Origin: Christensenellaceae bacterium
GTDB lineage: Bacteria; Bacillota; Clostridia; Christensenellales; CAG-138
Assembly (NCBI GenBank): GCA_031261085.1
Contig: JAISKB010000018.1
Location: 14,409-78,408, forward strand
Length of the DNA stretch: 64,000 nt
Direction of reading: 5' to 3'
Made by a program: the position numbers and the translations under genes. Shown one piece after another: positions 1 to 11,440 of the stretch; the stretch's first letter is position 1, and each line of letters begins with the position of its first letter. Below the pieces are notes generated by a model. It saw only the letters and a program-made list of their open reading frames with translations, made no database searches and was not told the origin of the DNA.

Positions 1-1
1 C

Positions 2-430
2 GCCCTGCTGCTCCCGGCGGATGCCGGACAAGCACAGCAAACGCAGTTTGCGGCGGAGCTTAACTCCATGGCGGTGTTTGCCTGCGCGGTAGCGGGCGGG
101 TGTTTAGGGTTTTTGCGGTTTAATACCTACCCGGCACAGGTGTTTATGGGGGATACGGGCTCGCTGGGGCTGGGCGGCGCGGTGGCTGTTATGGCGGTGT
201 TTTCCCGCTGTGTGCTGCTGCTGCCCATTATGGGCGCATGCTTCGTGGCCAGCACGGTGAGCGTTATTTTGCAGGTGGGCAGCTATAAGCTGCGGAAGAA
301 ACGCATCTTCAAAATGGCGCCGCTGCACCATCATTTCGAATTGCAGGGCCATAGCGAAACGCGCATCGTGGCGGTGTATATGATACTCACCACGGCGCTG
401 TGCCTGTTGTGCTTGCTGGCCTTTCAATAA
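2..430 (+). CDS. mraY: phospho-N-acetylmuramoyl-pentapeptide transferase MraY, C-terminal part (5' end outside window)
   Basis: The frame is open from the window edge. The translation contains FNTYPAQVFMGDTGSLGLGG and APLHHHFE, typical of MraY, and the gene sits directly upstream of murD. Confidence 0.9.
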   Translation, partial: ALLLPADAGQAQQTQFAAELNSMAVFACAVAGGCLGFLRFNTYPAQVFMGDTGSLGLGGAVAVMAVFSRCVLLLPIMGACFVASTVSVILQVGSYKLRKKRIFKMAPLHHHFELQGHSETRIVAVYMILTTALCLLCLLAFQ

Positions 431-650
431 TAAATCCGCCCTATAGGGCGGGCAGCTCCCCACGGGTGGGCAAACCAATATTGTTTTCAGTTTGCCGCTC
501 GGTGGCACATGTACCGGTTGGCCGTGGTTCTTTGGCGCTTGACACGGCAGCAGGGATCAAGGCGTTTGAGACAGGACGCGGCTCTTTGTCTCAAACACCC
601 TGAAGGTCATCGGGCGGCGTTTTTATTACAAACTTTTGTAGGAGACTGCT

Positions 651-2012
651 ATGGGAAACATGAAGACCGCTTTAATTTGCGGCATGGCCAAAAGCGGCAT
701 AGCCAGCGCCAGGCTGCTGGCGCAGGATGGATACCATGTTATCATCAACGACAGCAAGGCCGAAATACCAGGTCTTAAAGCCGCTTTAAACGGCATAGAT
801 TATACCGATGCGCTGGGCGTGGAGCCTGCCACGCTGCTAACCGGCGTGGATTTGCTGGTGCTAAGCCCCGTCATACCCCTGTTTGCCCCGTTTGCCGCGC
901 AGGCGCAGGCGATGGGCATAGAGGTGATAGGCGAAATCGAGCTGGGCTACCGCTATTGCAACCCGCAGACGCAATTCGTGTGCATCAGCGGCACCAACGG
1001 CAAAACCACCACCACCGCGCTGACGGGGGAGCTGTTCCGCACGGCGGGCAAAACCACGTTTGTGCTGGGCAACATCGGCATACCCATCACGCAGGAGGCC
1101 CTGCATACGCGGCCGGGGGATGTTGTGGTGGCCGAGGTGGCCGCGCTGCAGCTCGAGAGCATCGCGCGCTTTCGCCCGCACGCGATGGGTATGCTCAACA
1201 TCGCTGAGGATCACCTCAACCGCTTTGAGTATAAGCTGGAAAACTACATCGCCGCCAAGTGCCGCGCCTTCGAAAACCAAGCCCCAAGCGACTTCGCGGT
1301 GCTCAATTACGACGACGCCACCGTGCGGGATATGGCCAAGCGGACGCGCGCGCGCACGGTTTATTTTTCGCAAAACACGCGGCTGACAGAGGGCTTATGC
1401 TTGGCGGGGGGCTATATGGTTTGGCGGTGGGAGGGCCGCGAAACGCGGCTGATACGCCCTGACGAGCTTCGCATACCCGGCGCGCACAACCTGCAAAACG
1501 CGATGTGCGCCGCCGCGCTGGCGCTGTGCATGGGGCTGGAACCGGAGGCCGTGCGGCAGGGCCTGCGCGCGTTTGCGGGGGTAGAGCACCGCATCGAGTT
1601 TGTGCGGGAGGTAAACGGCGTGCGCTTTATAAACGATTCGAAGGGTACCAACCCCGCTTCCACCATCAAGGCGGTGCAGGCTATGGATAGGCCCACCATA
1701 CTTATGCTGGGCGTGGGCGATTATGATAAGCAAAGCGACTTCGCGCCGCTGTTCCAAGCCTTCGGCGGCCGGGTGAAGGGGGTAATCGCCTCCGGCTGCA
1801 ACATCCCCGCCATATGCAGGGCCGCAAAGGAAACCGGCTTTACGGCGATTCGCACCTATGAAGGGGATTATGAGGGCATGATACGGGAGGCCGCCGCCAT
1901 GGCGCAGCCGGGGGATGCGGTGCTGCTTTCGCCCGCCGCCGCCAGCTGGGGCCAATTCGACAATTTCGAGCAGCGCGGCGATAGGTTTAAGGAAATCGTG
2001 CAAGGGCTGTAG
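651..2012 (+). CDS. murD: UDP-N-acetylmuramoylalanine--D-glutamate ligase
   Basis: 453-aa ORF with a GGAG RBS 6 nt upstream. It has the Mur ligase P-loop ISGTNGKTTT and lies in dcw context. Confidence 0.95.
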   Translation: MGNMKTALICGMAKSGIASARLLAQDGYHVIINDSKAEIPGLKAALNGIDYTDALGVEPATLLTGVDLLVLSPVIPLFAPFAAQAQAMGIEVIGEIELGYRYCNPQTQFVCISGTNGKTTTTALTGELFRTAGKTTFVLGNIGIPITQEALHTRPGDVVVAEVAALQLESIARFRPHAMGMLNIAEDHLNRFEYKLENYIAAKCRAFENQAPSDFAVLNYDDATVRDMAKRTRARTVYFSQNTRLTEGLCLAGGYMVWRWEGRETRLIRPDELRIPGAHNLQNAMCAAALALCMGLEPEAVRQGLRAFAGVEHRIEFVREVNGVRFINDSKGTNPASTIKAVQAMDRPTILMLGVGDYDKQSDFAPLFQAFGGRVKGVIASGCNIPAICRAAKETGFTAIRTYEGDYEGMIREAAAMAQPGDAVLLSPAAASWGQFDNFEQRGDRFKEIVQGL

Positions 2013-2078
2013 CCGGCGGGCGTATGCGCCCATAGTAAGCGGGTGCGTTGCTATTGCGAAAGGAAGAGGAACGGGACG

Positions 2079-3197
2079 ATGGATAAACGACGTTCACTCA
2101 AAACCGGACAGATGGATTTTTGGCTCTATGCGGCAGTGCTAATCCTGTGCGCATTTGGGCTTATTATGGTATTTTCAGCCAGCTATTACTATGCGCAAAA
2201 TAACGAAAAGCTCGACTACGATGGCTTTTACTTTATGCGCCATCAGGCGGCGTACCTGGCCATAGGCATCGTGGTGATGTATGTGGCCTCCCGCGTAAAC
2301 TACCATAAGCTGGAGTCGCTCAGGGGCGTTGCGCTGGCGCTGGTTATGCTGCTGATGCTGCTGGTGGTGTTCATCGGCGTGGAGCTGAACGGCGCCAAGC
2401 GTTGGCTGCAGCTGGGCCCCGTACAGTTTCAGCCCTCCGAAATGGCGAAGTTTGCGCTCGTATTGTATATGGCCTCCTTCATGGCCAAGCGGGCCGCCTA
2501 TATGCGGGATTTTAAAAAGGGCGTCGTGCCCATGCTGATCGTAATGGGGGTGCTGTGCGCACTGCTCCTGGTTCAGCGCAATATGTCCATGATGATGATC
2601 GTGCTGTTGATTGGCATAGCGATGCTGTTTATAGGCGGGGCGGATATCAAGCACCTGATGGGCCTGTGCTTTTTGACCGTGCCTCTGTTCTTTTTGCTGG
2701 CCTATATCGCACCCTATCGTTGGGCGCGGCTCACCATATTTACCGACCCCTGGAAGGACCCGCTGGATAAGGGGTATCAGCTGATACAATCGCTTTATGC
2801 GCTGGGCAGCGGCGGCCTGTTTGGCAAGGGACTCAATTTTTCCACCCAAAAGCTGCTGTTCCTCACCTATGGCGAGAGCGACTTTATATTCGCCATCATC
2901 GGGGAGGAATTGGGGCTTATCGGCTGCGTGCTGCTGATGCTGCTATACTTCTTTTTGATTTGCCGCGGCATACGCATCGCCGCCAAGTGTAAGGATCGCT
3001 TTGGCAGCCTGCTGGCGGCGGGCATCACAACGGTAATCGCGCTGCAGGTGGCCGTAAACATAGGCGTGGTCACCAGCTCGGTGCCGCCTACCGGGCAAAC
3101 GCTGCCCTTCGTGAGCTCGGGCGGCACCTCCCTCGTCATATTCATGGCCGCCGTGGGGGTATTGCTGAATATTTCGCGCAACATCGGGGTGGAGTAA
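2079..3197 (+). CDS. ftsW: FtsW/SpoVE-type SEDS peptidoglycan glycosyltransferase
   Basis: Polytopic membrane protein of the FtsW/RodA/SpoVE family (SEMAKF, GLGxSxQK-like, PFVSSGGTS). I preferred the ATG at 2079 with a GAGGA RBS over the GTG at 2043 given in the ORF track. Confidence 0.9.
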   Translation: MDKRRSLKTGQMDFWLYAAVLILCAFGLIMVFSASYYYAQNNEKLDYDGFYFMRHQAAYLAIGIVVMYVASRVNYHKLESLRGVALALVMLLMLLVVFIGVELNGAKRWLQLGPVQFQPSEMAKFALVLYMASFMAKRAAYMRDFKKGVVPMLIVMGVLCALLLVQRNMSMMMIVLLIGIAMLFIGGADIKHLMGLCFLTVPLFFLLAYIAPYRWARLTIFTDPWKDPLDKGYQLIQSLYALGSGGLFGKGLNFSTQKLLFLTYGESDFIFAIIGEELGLIGCVLLMLLYFFLICRGIRIAAKCKDRFGSLLAAGITTVIALQVAVNIGVVTSSVPPTGQTLPFVSSGGTSLVIFMAAVGVLLNISRNIGVE

Positions 3198-3277
3198 CAC
3201 AAAAACGCCTTTCCCGCATAAGATGAAATGTGCCGCAAACCGGTAGCAGCTCAGATGCGGCGGGAGAGGGGTTTCGG

Positions 3278-4537
3278 ATGGCGAAATTCATCGTGGAGGG
3301 CGGGTATCCGCTCGTGGGCACGGCCAAGGTATCCGGGGCGAAAAACGCCGCATTGCCCATATTGGCCGCCAGCCTGATATGCCGCGGCCAAATACGGCTG
3401 CGCGGCTGCCCGCGGCTGCGGGATGTGGATAACATGCTCACGATACTTGCGGATTTGGGCGTGTGCTGCGCGTGGGAACCAAACGGCGGCTTAACGCTGG
3501 ATACGGCGGATGGGGTGGAATATGTGATGCCCCAGCGTATATCGAAGGAGCTGCGATCCTCCATTTTTATGCTGGGGCCGCTGTTGGCCCGGTGCGGCAA
3601 AGCGGTGTGCACCTACCCGGGCGGCTGCGAAATAGGCAACCGGCCCATCGATTTGCACCTGAGCGGCTTAAGCGCGCTGGGCGTGCAGATACGCGAGGAA
3701 CGCGGGCTTATACTCTGCGACGGCAGCGCCATGCGGGGCGCCGATATACATTTGGACTACCCCAGCGTGGGCGCCACCGAAAACATCATGATGGCGGCGG
3801 TGGCCGCCAAGGGCACCACCTATATCCGCAACGCGGCGCGCGAGCCCGAAACCGAGGATTTGCAAGCCTTTTTAAACGCGCTGGGCTGCGATGTGAGCGG
3901 CGCGGGCACCTCCAGTGTGCGCGTCAACGGCGGGCTGCCGCCCAAGGCCTATGTGCAGTACGACATCATGCCGGATCGTATCGTGGCCGGCACGCTGCTG
4001 TGCGGCGCGGCCATGACGGGCGGCGAAATCACGCTGAACAACGTGGTGCCGCAGCATGTGGGCAGTATGCTCAGCAAGCTGCGCGAGGCGGGCTGCGTGA
4101 TAGCCTGCGGGGAAAAGAGCGTTGCCCTGCGCGCGCCCAAGCGGCTGGGCGAAATAAAGATGATAGAAACGCTGCCCTACCCGGGCTTCCCGACCGATAT
4201 GCAGGCGCAGTTTTTTTCGCTGGCCACCATTGCGGATGGCATCTGCGTGATTGTGGAAAACGTGTTTGAAAACCGTTTTAAGCACGGGCCGGAGCTAACC
4301 CGCATGGGCGCCATCTATACGCAAAAGGATCGTACCACCGTCATACGCGGCGTAAAGGAGCTCACGGGCGCGCAGGTGGTGGCGCGGGATCTTAGGGGCG
4401 GGGCGGCGCTGACGCTGGCAGGGCTGGCCGCAACCGGCATAACCACCATACACGAGGCGGAGCTCATCGACCGCGGTTACGAGCGGCTGGACGCCATGCT
4501 GTGCGGCCTGGGCGCACATGTAACCAGGGAAGTATAA
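3278..4537 (+). CDS. murA: UDP-N-acetylglucosamine 1-carboxyvinyltransferase
   Basis: MurA-like sequence throughout (MAKFIVEGG..., [13 protein letters not shown], active-site loop [14 protein letters not shown]). The start was moved to the internal ATG that begins the conserved N-terminus. Confidence 0.92.
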   Translation: MAKFIVEGGYPLVGTAKVSGAKNAALPILAASLICRGQIRLRGCPRLRDVDNMLTILADLGVCCAWEPNGGLTLDTADGVEYVMPQRISKELRSSIFMLGPLLARCGKAVCTYPGGCEIGNRPIDLHLSGLSALGVQIREERGLILCDGSAMRGADIHLDYPSVGATENIMMAAVAAKGTTYIRNAAREPETEDLQAFLNALGCDVSGAGTSSVRVNGGLPPKAYVQYDIMPDRIVAGTLLCGAAMTGGEITLNNVVPQHVGSMLSKLREAGCVIACGEKSVALRAPKRLGEIKMIETLPYPGFPTDMQAQFFSLATIADGICVIVENVFENRFKHGPELTRMGAIYTQKDRTTVIRGVKELTGAQVVARDLRGGAALTLAGLAATGITTIHEAELIDRGYERLDAMLCGLGAHVTREV

Positions 4538-4557
4538 CGATACATGAGAGGAATATC

Positions 4558-5850
4558 ATGCAAAAGCGGCAAAAAACAAGGTTTGCCAAACAGCATAGCG
4601 ATAACAAGCCCACGGGCAGGCGCAAGCGGGAGCGCGGCGAGGAGAACGCCGGTCAGCCCTCCATAGACCTTGCGCGCATACGGGCGCGCTATGGCGCGCG
4701 CGCGCTGGAGCCGTTGCAGGAGGAGGCGCAGGCCGCTGAAAAGGACATACTGTTTGTGGATGCGGAGACGCTTACGAAGGAACAGCTGCTCGAGCAGCTG
4801 CACGAGCAGGCGCAAACGCAGATAGAGGGGGAGGAAGTATCCTTCACCGGGGAGGAGCTTTCGGTTTTAGACGGTGCGGACAAGCCGCCTAAGCGAAAAA
4901 AACGCAAAAGGGCAAAGCATAAGTCCCGGCCCGAGCCCGATGCGCTGGGCTTGGTGGATTTTTCCAGGCCGCGCAAAAAGGTGCGGGTGAAGCGGGGCAC
5001 GGTAAAAATGGCGGCGCTGCTCATCTGCGTGGCGCTCATGCTGGGCCTGCTGGCCGCGCTGTACGCTTGGATGCAGATAGACAGCATAGAGATAAACGGC
5101 TGCCAAACGCTGGATAAAGCTGAGGTGCGCACCTTGGCGGGCATAAACGAAGGGGAGCAGATATTGCTGGTCAACACGGCAAAAGCGCGGGAGCGCTTGC
5201 TGCAAAGCCCCTACATACGCTCCGCCGCGGTCACGCGGCTTTACCCAAATAAGCTGATTATCTCCATCGCTGAGCGCAAGCCGGTGGCCGCCATCGTGAG
5301 CGGCGGGAATTATGCCATCATCGATGACCAGGGCTATGTGCTTTCCCTCGATGCCTCGTATGGCGAGCTGCCGCAGGCCTATGGCGTGGGCGCGGCCGGC
5401 GTGCAGATAGGCCAAAAGCTGGGCGATGCCGATAACTTCAACAGCGCCATATTGCTGGATATTGTGCGCGCGCTGCGCGATGTGGGCTTGCTCAATACCA
5501 TACAGAGCATAGATACCTCACAGCCGCTCAGCATCCGCCTGATTACCCGCACGGGCTACGCGGTGCATGTGGGGCAGCCCGAGGATATACCGCAAAAGCT
5601 GGCCAAGCTATCCGCCGTGCTGCGGGAGGTGCAAAGGCTGGGATATGTGGGCGGCACGATAGATGTCGCCGCGCAAGGGGACCCTGTATATTCGCCCCCG
5701 GCAGCGGCTTTGCCCGACCCCGCGCAGGAGGAGGGCACGCAGCCGGAGGCTGAGGGGGAGATAACGCCAAATGCCGAGGGCACGCCGACCAATGCGCTGC
5801 CCACGCCGCCGCCCCCGGTTCCTTCGGGGGAGCAGGGGTTTAGCGGGTAG
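4558..5850 (+). CDS. ftsQ: cell division protein FtsQ/DivIB (POTRA domain) with long basic N-terminal and Pro-rich C-terminal tails
   Basis: One TM segment (AALLICVALMLGLLAALYAW) is followed by a POTRA-like block (IEINGCQTLDKAEVRTLAGI...LYPNKLIISIAERKPVA). It sits between murA and ftsA. Confidence 0.85.
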   Translation: MQKRQKTRFAKQHSDNKPTGRRKRERGEENAGQPSIDLARIRARYGARALEPLQEEAQAAEKDILFVDAETLTKEQLLEQLHEQAQTQIEGEEVSFTGEELSVLDGADKPPKRKKRKRAKHKSRPEPDALGLVDFSRPRKKVRVKRGTVKMAALLICVALMLGLLAALYAWMQIDSIEINGCQTLDKAEVRTLAGINEGEQILLVNTAKARERLLQSPYIRSAAVTRLYPNKLIISIAERKPVAAIVSGGNYAIIDDQGYVLSLDASYGELPQAYGVGAAGVQIGQKLGDADNFNSAILLDIVRALRDVGLLNTIQSIDTSQPLSIRLITRTGYAVHVGQPEDIPQKLAKLSAVLREVQRLGYVGGTIDVAAQGDPVYSPPAAALPDPAQEEGTQPEAEGEITPNAEGTPTNALPTPPPPVPSGEQGFSG

Positions 5851-6026
5851 GGGTTGGTGAGATCGCGCCGGAGGTATGGTTTTGCAGAAAACTTGACAAA
5901 CCGGCCATATTTTGGAAAAATAGGGTATGACCATATTGCACAAAATATGGTGGTATGATATCCTAAAATACTGGTGGAGGTATATTTTGGCACGCCGGTG
6001 GGCCGTCTGCCCGCCGTGGAGGGAAC

Positions 6027-7235
6027 ATGGGGCAAAACACCGCCATACTGGATGTTGGCAGCAGCAAAATCATATGCCTGATATGCAGCACTGATGGTAA
6101 GGGCGGTATTGTTGTACGCGGCGCCGGTATTTGCGAATACGAGGGTTATAAGGCGGGTGCGTTTTTAGATGAACAGCATTTTGCCGATGCCATTATAGAC
6201 GCCCTGAATATGGCCGAAACCGAGGCGAAGCTGCGCGTGCGTACCCTGAGCGTGGGCGTGCCCGCCGCTTTTTTAAAGCTGGTGCTGCACGATGGCCACG
6301 CGGCGCCCGTGGGCCGAAACGGACGCGTTACGCCGGCCACGGTCGATGCGCTCATCAACGATTCGCTGCGCTTCGAGCAGCCCGAAGGCTATGCGCTCAT
6401 ACATTCCACGCCCATCGAGTTCCATCTTTCGGGCGCGGCGAACGGTATGCCGGATATGCCGCTTGGGCAAGCTACCAACGATCTGTCGGCGCCGGTGAGC
6501 CATGTGTTCGTATGCGAACGCTTTAAGGGCTTGGTATCCGGCGCGCTGCACCGGCTGGGGCTGGATGCCGATATGTACATCGGCGTGCCGCTTTCGGCGG
6601 GCAGCTTTATTATCCCCGAGCCCGAAAGGCAGGATTGCGCGGCGCTCATCGATGTGGGCGCGCAAAATACCGATGTGAGCCTGCTTAGGGCCAGCGCGCT
6701 GATCGCCTGCGAATCCATCCCGGTGGGGGGCGCGCATTTTACCAACGACCTGGTCTATGCGCTCAAGCTTCCCCCTGCTGTGGCAGAAGGGGTAAAGCGG
6801 CGGTATGTATATTCGCTCGACTATCAGGATTCCATCGATACCATCCGCATACCCGGCGGCGGCATGCTGCGCGTGGAGCACGCGGTGGTGCAATATATTT
6901 TAGAAGAACGTACGCGGGAGCTGGCGGAGCTGATTAAGGCTACCATACTCGAGATGGGCGTGCCGCTTTCCAACACGTTGCCGGTATACCTTACGGGGGG
7001 CGGCGTTTCGCTGATGCGGGGCAGCTGCGAATTCCTCGAAAAGGAGATAGGCATCCCCATCAAGGTGCGTATGCCCTGGATGCCCCGGCTCAGTTCCCCA
7101 AATTATGCGAGCGCGTTTTCGGTGATGGACTTCGTAACGCACGCGGATGACGATGATAATGCCGGCAGGTTAGAGGGCGCGGTGTTTTCCAGCGGTATTT
7201 TTAAAAAGTTAAGAGGCTTTTTTGTAAATAAATGA
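6027..7235 (+). CDS. ftsA: cell division protein FtsA
   Basis: Actin-like ATPase (ILDVGSSKI, IDVGAQNTDVS, LTGGGVSL) with a C-terminal amphipathic helix GIFKKLRGFFVNK. GGAGGG RBS, immediately upstream of ftsZ. Confidence 0.9.
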   Translation: MGQNTAILDVGSSKIICLICSTDGKGGIVVRGAGICEYEGYKAGAFLDEQHFADAIIDALNMAETEAKLRVRTLSVGVPAAFLKLVLHDGHAAPVGRNGRVTPATVDALINDSLRFEQPEGYALIHSTPIEFHLSGAANGMPDMPLGQATNDLSAPVSHVFVCERFKGLVSGALHRLGLDADMYIGVPLSAGSFIIPEPERQDCAALIDVGAQNTDVSLLRASALIACESIPVGGAHFTNDLVYALKLPPAVAEGVKRRYVYSLDYQDSIDTIRIPGGGMLRVEHAVVQYILEERTRELAELIKATILEMGVPLSNTLPVYLTGGGVSLMRGSCEFLEKEIGIPIKVRMPWMPRLSSPNYASAFSVMDFVTHADDDDNAGRLEGAVFSSGIFKKLRGFFVNK

Positions 7236-7296
7236 TACAATGAGCATGTGGATACATGGGCGGCGCAACGCTATGCGAGTTTAGGAGGTTACCATA

Positions 7297-8553
7297 ATGC
7301 CTATCGGTTTGGAATTGGATTTTGAAAGCGGCCAGCTTGCCCAGCTTAAGGTAGTTGGCGTTGGCGGTGCGGGCAATAACGCGGTCAACCGCATGATACA
7401 ATATGGGATACGCGGCGTGGAGTTTATTGCTGTTAACACCGATAAACAGGCGTTATACCTTTCCCGCGCCAACCAGAAGATACAAATCGGAGAAAAGAGC
7501 ACCAAGGGCCTTGGCGCCGGGGCCGATCCTGAGATTGGCCGCAAGGCCGCCGAGGAAAGCCGCGACTCCATACTCGAGGCGCTGCGCGGGGCCGACCTGG
7601 TGTTTATAACGGCCGGTATGGGCGGCGGCACGGGCACGGGCGCGGCGCCCGTTGTGGCCGAGTGCGCAAAGGAGCTTGGCATACTCACCATCGGCGTGGT
7701 TACCAAGCCCTTCTCCTTCGAGGGCAAGGTGCGCATGAACAACGCCGTAAACGGCATATTCAACTTAAAAAATACGGTGGATACGCTCATCACCATCCCC
7801 AACGACCGCTTGTTGGATACCGTGGGCAAGGTGAGCCTGTCCGAGGCCTTCCGTATCGCCGATGACGTGCTGCGCCAGGGCATACAGGGCATAAGCGACC
7901 TCATCGCGGTGCCGGCCATGATAAACCTGGACTTTGCCGATGTGCGCACCATCATGCGCGAGCGCGGCATGGCGCATATGGGCATAGGCTCGGCCAGCGG
8001 CGATAAGCGCGCGGCGGATGCGGCGCGGCAGGCGGTGGTAAGCCCCCTGCTCGAAACCACCATAAACGGCGCAAAGGGCGTGCTGCTCAACATTACGGGG
8101 GGCAGCGACCTGGGCATACACGAGGTGAGCGAAGCGGCCACCATCATACAAGAATATGCGGATCCGGATGCGAACATCATCTGGGGCGCGGGCATCGACG
8201 AGGAGATGGGCGAAGGCGTGCGCATCACGGTTATCGCCACGGGCTTCGACAGCGGCGAGGCGAAGCCGCAGCCGCAGCAATCGGTCAACCGGCAGCCCGA
8301 AAGCGCCGTGCGCCCGCCCCGCACCGTGGGCGATTTAAAGGGCAACCCGCCGCAGGGCACGCTAAAGGGTGCTCTAAGCGACGATCCTTTTTGGGAAAGG
8401 CCCAGGACCAAGGCGCCGGATTATGTTTCCCCGCTGCCCGAGGGCGAGGATGTAACCCCGCATTACACCAAGGCGGATTTGCCCAAGACCGAGTTTAACC
8501 CAAAAGAAAAGAACAACCTCGACCTGCCCAGCTTCTTGCGGCGGAACGACTAA
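7297..8553 (+). CDS. ftsZ: cell division protein FtsZ
   Basis: Tubulin signature [14 protein letters not shown]-terminal [15 protein letters not shown], and a C-terminal conserved peptide LDLPSFLRR. Confidence 0.98.
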   Translation: MPIGLELDFESGQLAQLKVVGVGGAGNNAVNRMIQYGIRGVEFIAVNTDKQALYLSRANQKIQIGEKSTKGLGAGADPEIGRKAAEESRDSILEALRGADLVFITAGMGGGTGTGAAPVVAECAKELGILTIGVVTKPFSFEGKVRMNNAVNGIFNLKNTVDTLITIPNDRLLDTVGKVSLSEAFRIADDVLRQGIQGISDLIAVPAMINLDFADVRTIMRERGMAHMGIGSASGDKRAADAARQAVVSPLLETTINGAKGVLLNITGGSDLGIHEVSEAATIIQEYADPDANIIWGAGIDEEMGEGVRITVIATGFDSGEAKPQPQQSVNRQPESAVRPPRTVGDLKGNPPQGTLKGALSDDPFWERPRTKAPDYVSPLPEGEDVTPHYTKADLPKTEFNPKEKNNLDLPSFLRRND

Positions 8554-8626
8554 AAAGCGCGGCCTCCCTTATGTTTAAAAGGGCGGCCTACCCATATTTA
8601 AATTTATGTGAAAGGGCCAATGAACT

Positions 8627-9634
8627 ATGTCTAAAACCGTAATCCCAGCAAACTACCGCCCCACCATGACGCTATACGAAACGCAGGATGCCATCTCGCT
8701 GATTAAGCGCACCTTTCAAGATAGCCTTGCGCGCGCCCTGCGGCTAAAGAGGGTGACCGCGCCCCTGTTCGTGGTGCCGGAAAGCGGCTTGAACGACAAC
8801 CTGAACGGCGTAGAACGCCCTGTGAGCTTCGATATACCCGCGGCGCACTGCAATGCCGAGGTGGTGCATTCGCTGGCCAAGTGGAAGCGTATGGCCCTGT
8901 ATCGCTACGATTTTCACCCCGGCAAGGGCTTGTATACCGATATGAACGCCATACGGCGCGATGAAGCGCTCGACAACCTGCATTCCATCTATGTGGATCA
9001 GTGGGATTGGGAAAAGGTGCTTACCGAGGAGACCCGCAATGTGCAAACGCTCCAAACCACCGTGCGCGCCATCGTAAACAGCGTGTGCGATACGCTGGAT
9101 GCGGTGCGGGCGCGGTACCCGCACATCACCACCGAGCTGGGCCGCGAGGTCACCTTCGTCACCACGCAAGAATTGGAGGATCGCTACCCCGACCTCGACA
9201 GGCAGGAGCGGGAAAACGCGATCGTCCGCGAGTATAAAACGGTGTTCCTCATGGGCATAGGCGATAAGCTCAAGAGCGGGCAGCCGCACGATGGCCGCGC
9301 GCCGGATTATGACGATTGGACGCTCAACGGCGATATCCTGTTCTACGATGCGCTGCTGGATTGCTCTATGGAGATATCCTCCATGGGCATCCGCGTGGAT
9401 GCAAAATCCCTCGACGCGCAGCTCACCAAGGCCGGCTGTAACGAGCGCCGCAAGCTGCCCTTCCACGCCATGCTGCTAAAAAACGAGCTGCCGCTTACGA
9501 TAGGCGGGGGCATAGGCCAAAGCCGCCTGTGCATGCTGATGCTGGGCAAGGCGCATATCGGCGAGGTACAGTCCTCGGTGTGGGATGCCGATACCATTGC
9601 CGCCTGCGAGGCCGCGGGCATAGCGCTGCTGTAA
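8627..9634 (+). CDS. asnA: aspartate--ammonia ligase (asparagine synthetase A)
   Basis: 335 aa of AsnA type: N-terminal ...[13 protein letters not shown]..., RVTAPLFV, and class-II aaRS-like motifs ([14 protein letters not shown]). Confidence 0.9.
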   Translation: MSKTVIPANYRPTMTLYETQDAISLIKRTFQDSLARALRLKRVTAPLFVVPESGLNDNLNGVERPVSFDIPAAHCNAEVVHSLAKWKRMALYRYDFHPGKGLYTDMNAIRRDEALDNLHSIYVDQWDWEKVLTEETRNVQTLQTTVRAIVNSVCDTLDAVRARYPHITTELGREVTFVTTQELEDRYPDLDRQERENAIVREYKTVFLMGIGDKLKSGQPHDGRAPDYDDWTLNGDILFYDALLDCSMEISSMGIRVDAKSLDAQLTKAGCNERRKLPFHAMLLKNELPLTIGGGIGQSRLCMLMLGKAHIGEVQSSVWDADTIAACEAAGIALL

Positions 9635-9661
9635 TTTTAAAAAGCGTGATTTCGACTCATT

Positions 9662-9687
9662 AAAAAGTGGCTTTGCCACTTTTTTTG
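9662..9687 (+). terminator. rho-independent terminator after asnA
   Basis: AGTGGC-TTT-GCCACT stem followed by a T7 run (aaaaagtggctttgccacttttttt). Confidence 0.75.
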
Positions 9688-9828
9688 TGCTTGCGGTTAG
9701 GAGCGGGGTAATACGGATGTGTCCAATCACGCTTCTCCAATTTTCCCATATATACGCATCATTGGTTCTACATGTTTTGGCGGCGCCGTATGCTAGTATA
9801 AACGCAACGGCAAGGGGGCGCTGGGCGT

Positions 9829-10587
9829 ATGTATATCGAATGGTTTTTGCTGGATAACGCGCTGATGGATTTTTTGATACTCCGCTTGGCCACGGCGTTT
9901 TATGGGCAAAAGCCCTGCATACGCCGCCTGTGCGCGTTTGCGTGCCTGGGCGCACTCTATGCGGTATGCGCCGCGCTTTGGCCATTTTTGGGTAGCCTGC
10001 CGTGTAAGCTGCTGTTTGGCGGCGTGATGGCGCTGGCGCTGCGCCCCGCGGGAGGCCGGGCTTACTTGAGCGCGCTGCTGTGCGTGCTTGCCGCCGCGTT
10101 TTTGGCGGGCGGCATGGCCATGTGCGTGGCTCTGGCCGCGGGGGGCAAGGTACGGGGCGGCATACTCTTCACCGGCTTGCCGCTGCGCGCCATGCTGTTT
10201 ATCGCGCTGGCGGCATACTGCCTGCCCAGGCTAACGCGCCGCATTTTGCATAGGCGTGCCGCCGGGCAAGTGCGGCTGCATATCGCCCAGGGCGGCGCAA
10301 CCTATGTATTGGAGGCCATGATAGATAGCGGCAACAGCCTATACGACCCGGTTTCCGGCCTGCCGGTCATCGTGGCGCACCTGCCCGCGCTGCTGCCGCT
10401 GGCCAATATCCCCATACCGGCGCATACCATAGGGGGCAGCGGCCTGATGTATGCGCTGCGGCCCGAACACATTCTATTGGCCGGCGCGGAACTGCCCGCG
10501 CTGCTCGCCATATCCATAACCCCCATCATAGGCGCCCAAGCGCTCATACCCCCGGCGGCGTTACCGGCAGCCAGCATAGGAGAATAA
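9829..10587 (+). CDS. spoIIGA: sigma-E processing peptidase SpoIIGA
   Basis: Multi-TM N-terminal half plus an aspartic-protease motif ([12 protein letters not shown]). It lies directly upstream of sigE with a 5-nt gap. Confidence 0.88.
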   Translation: MYIEWFLLDNALMDFLILRLATAFYGQKPCIRRLCAFACLGALYAVCAALWPFLGSLPCKLLFGGVMALALRPAGGRAYLSALLCVLAAAFLAGGMAMCVALAAGGKVRGGILFTGLPLRAMLFIALAAYCLPRLTRRILHRRAAGQVRLHIAQGGATYVLEAMIDSGNSLYDPVSGLPVIVAHLPALLPLANIPIPAHTIGGSGLMYALRPEHILLAGAELPALLAISITPIIGAQALIPPAALPAASIGE

Positions 10588-10592
10588 ACAAC

Positions 10593-11306
10593 ATGCTCCA
10601 TTCCCTGCTCTATCAATTGCTATCCAAGCTCTATGCCACGCTCCATGCGCTGGGCGGCGCGCTGCATTATATCAACAGCGGCGAAGCGCTGCCGCCCCCG
10701 CTCTCCAAGGAGGAGGAAGCAAACATGATGCTCATGCTCATGGAGGGCAGGGAGGATGTGAAGCAAACGCTCATAGAGCGCAACCTGCGCTTGGTGGTGT
10801 ATATCGCCCGCAAATTCGAAAACACCGGCGTGTGTGTGGAGGACTTGATATCCATAGGCGCGATTGGCTTGATCAAGGCGGTCAACACGTTTGACGCGCA
10901 TAAGAAAATCAAGCTGGCCACCTATGCTTCCCGGTGCATCGAGAATGAAATACTCATGTACCTGCGGCGCAGCTGCAAGCTCAAGCTGGAGGTATCGCTG
11001 GATGAGCCGCTCAATGTGGATTGGGATGGCAACGAGCTGCTGCTCTCGGATATACTGGGCACTGAGGCGGACGTGGTGTGCCGCAACATCGAGGATGAGG
11101 TGGATAAGGAGCTGCTCGACCTGGCGATGAAAAAGCTTACCCCGCGCGAAAAGCAGATTATGGAGCTGCGCTTTGGGCTGCGCGGCAACAGCGAATATAC
11201 GCAAAAACAGGTGGCGGATATGCTGGGCATATCCCAAAGCTACATATCCAGGCTCGAAAAGCATATCATCAAGGTGCTTCGCAGCGAGATGGCGCAAATG
11301 CTCTAA
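10593..11306 (+). CDS. sigE: RNA polymerase sporulation sigma factor SigE (pro-sigma-E)
   Basis: An N-terminal pro-sequence is followed by ...[14 protein letters not shown]-like..., [24 protein letters not shown] and the region 4 helix-turn-helix [20 protein letters not shown]. Confidence 0.93.
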   Translation: MLHSLLYQLLSKLYATLHALGGALHYINSGEALPPPLSKEEEANMMLMLMEGREDVKQTLIERNLRLVVYIARKFENTGVCVEDLISIGAIGLIKAVNTFDAHKKIKLATYASRCIENEILMYLRRSCKLKLEVSLDEPLNVDWDGNELLLSDILGTEADVVCRNIEDEVDKELLDLAMKKLTPREKQIMELRFGLRGNSEYTQKQVADMLGISQSYISRLEKHIIKVLRSEMAQML

Positions 11307-11440
11307 CCGCGCCGCATATAGAGTATAATTTTTTAGACATAAGGGAGGGCAGCGGTTTGGCCGTTGCCCCCCTGTTGCGGCTATGATACAATGCAAATAG
11401 AGTATATTTGGCCAACAAAATACATATGAGGGAGCGATAT

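Noticed and set aside
9651-9726. Spo0A-box-like heptamers upstream of spoIIGA: TTCGACT at 9651-9657 and TGTCCAA at 9720-9726.
   Set aside because: Each matches the 0A box in only 6 of 7 positions. One lies upstream of the asnA terminator, and such matches are expected by chance. I could not find a convincing spoIIG-type promoter.
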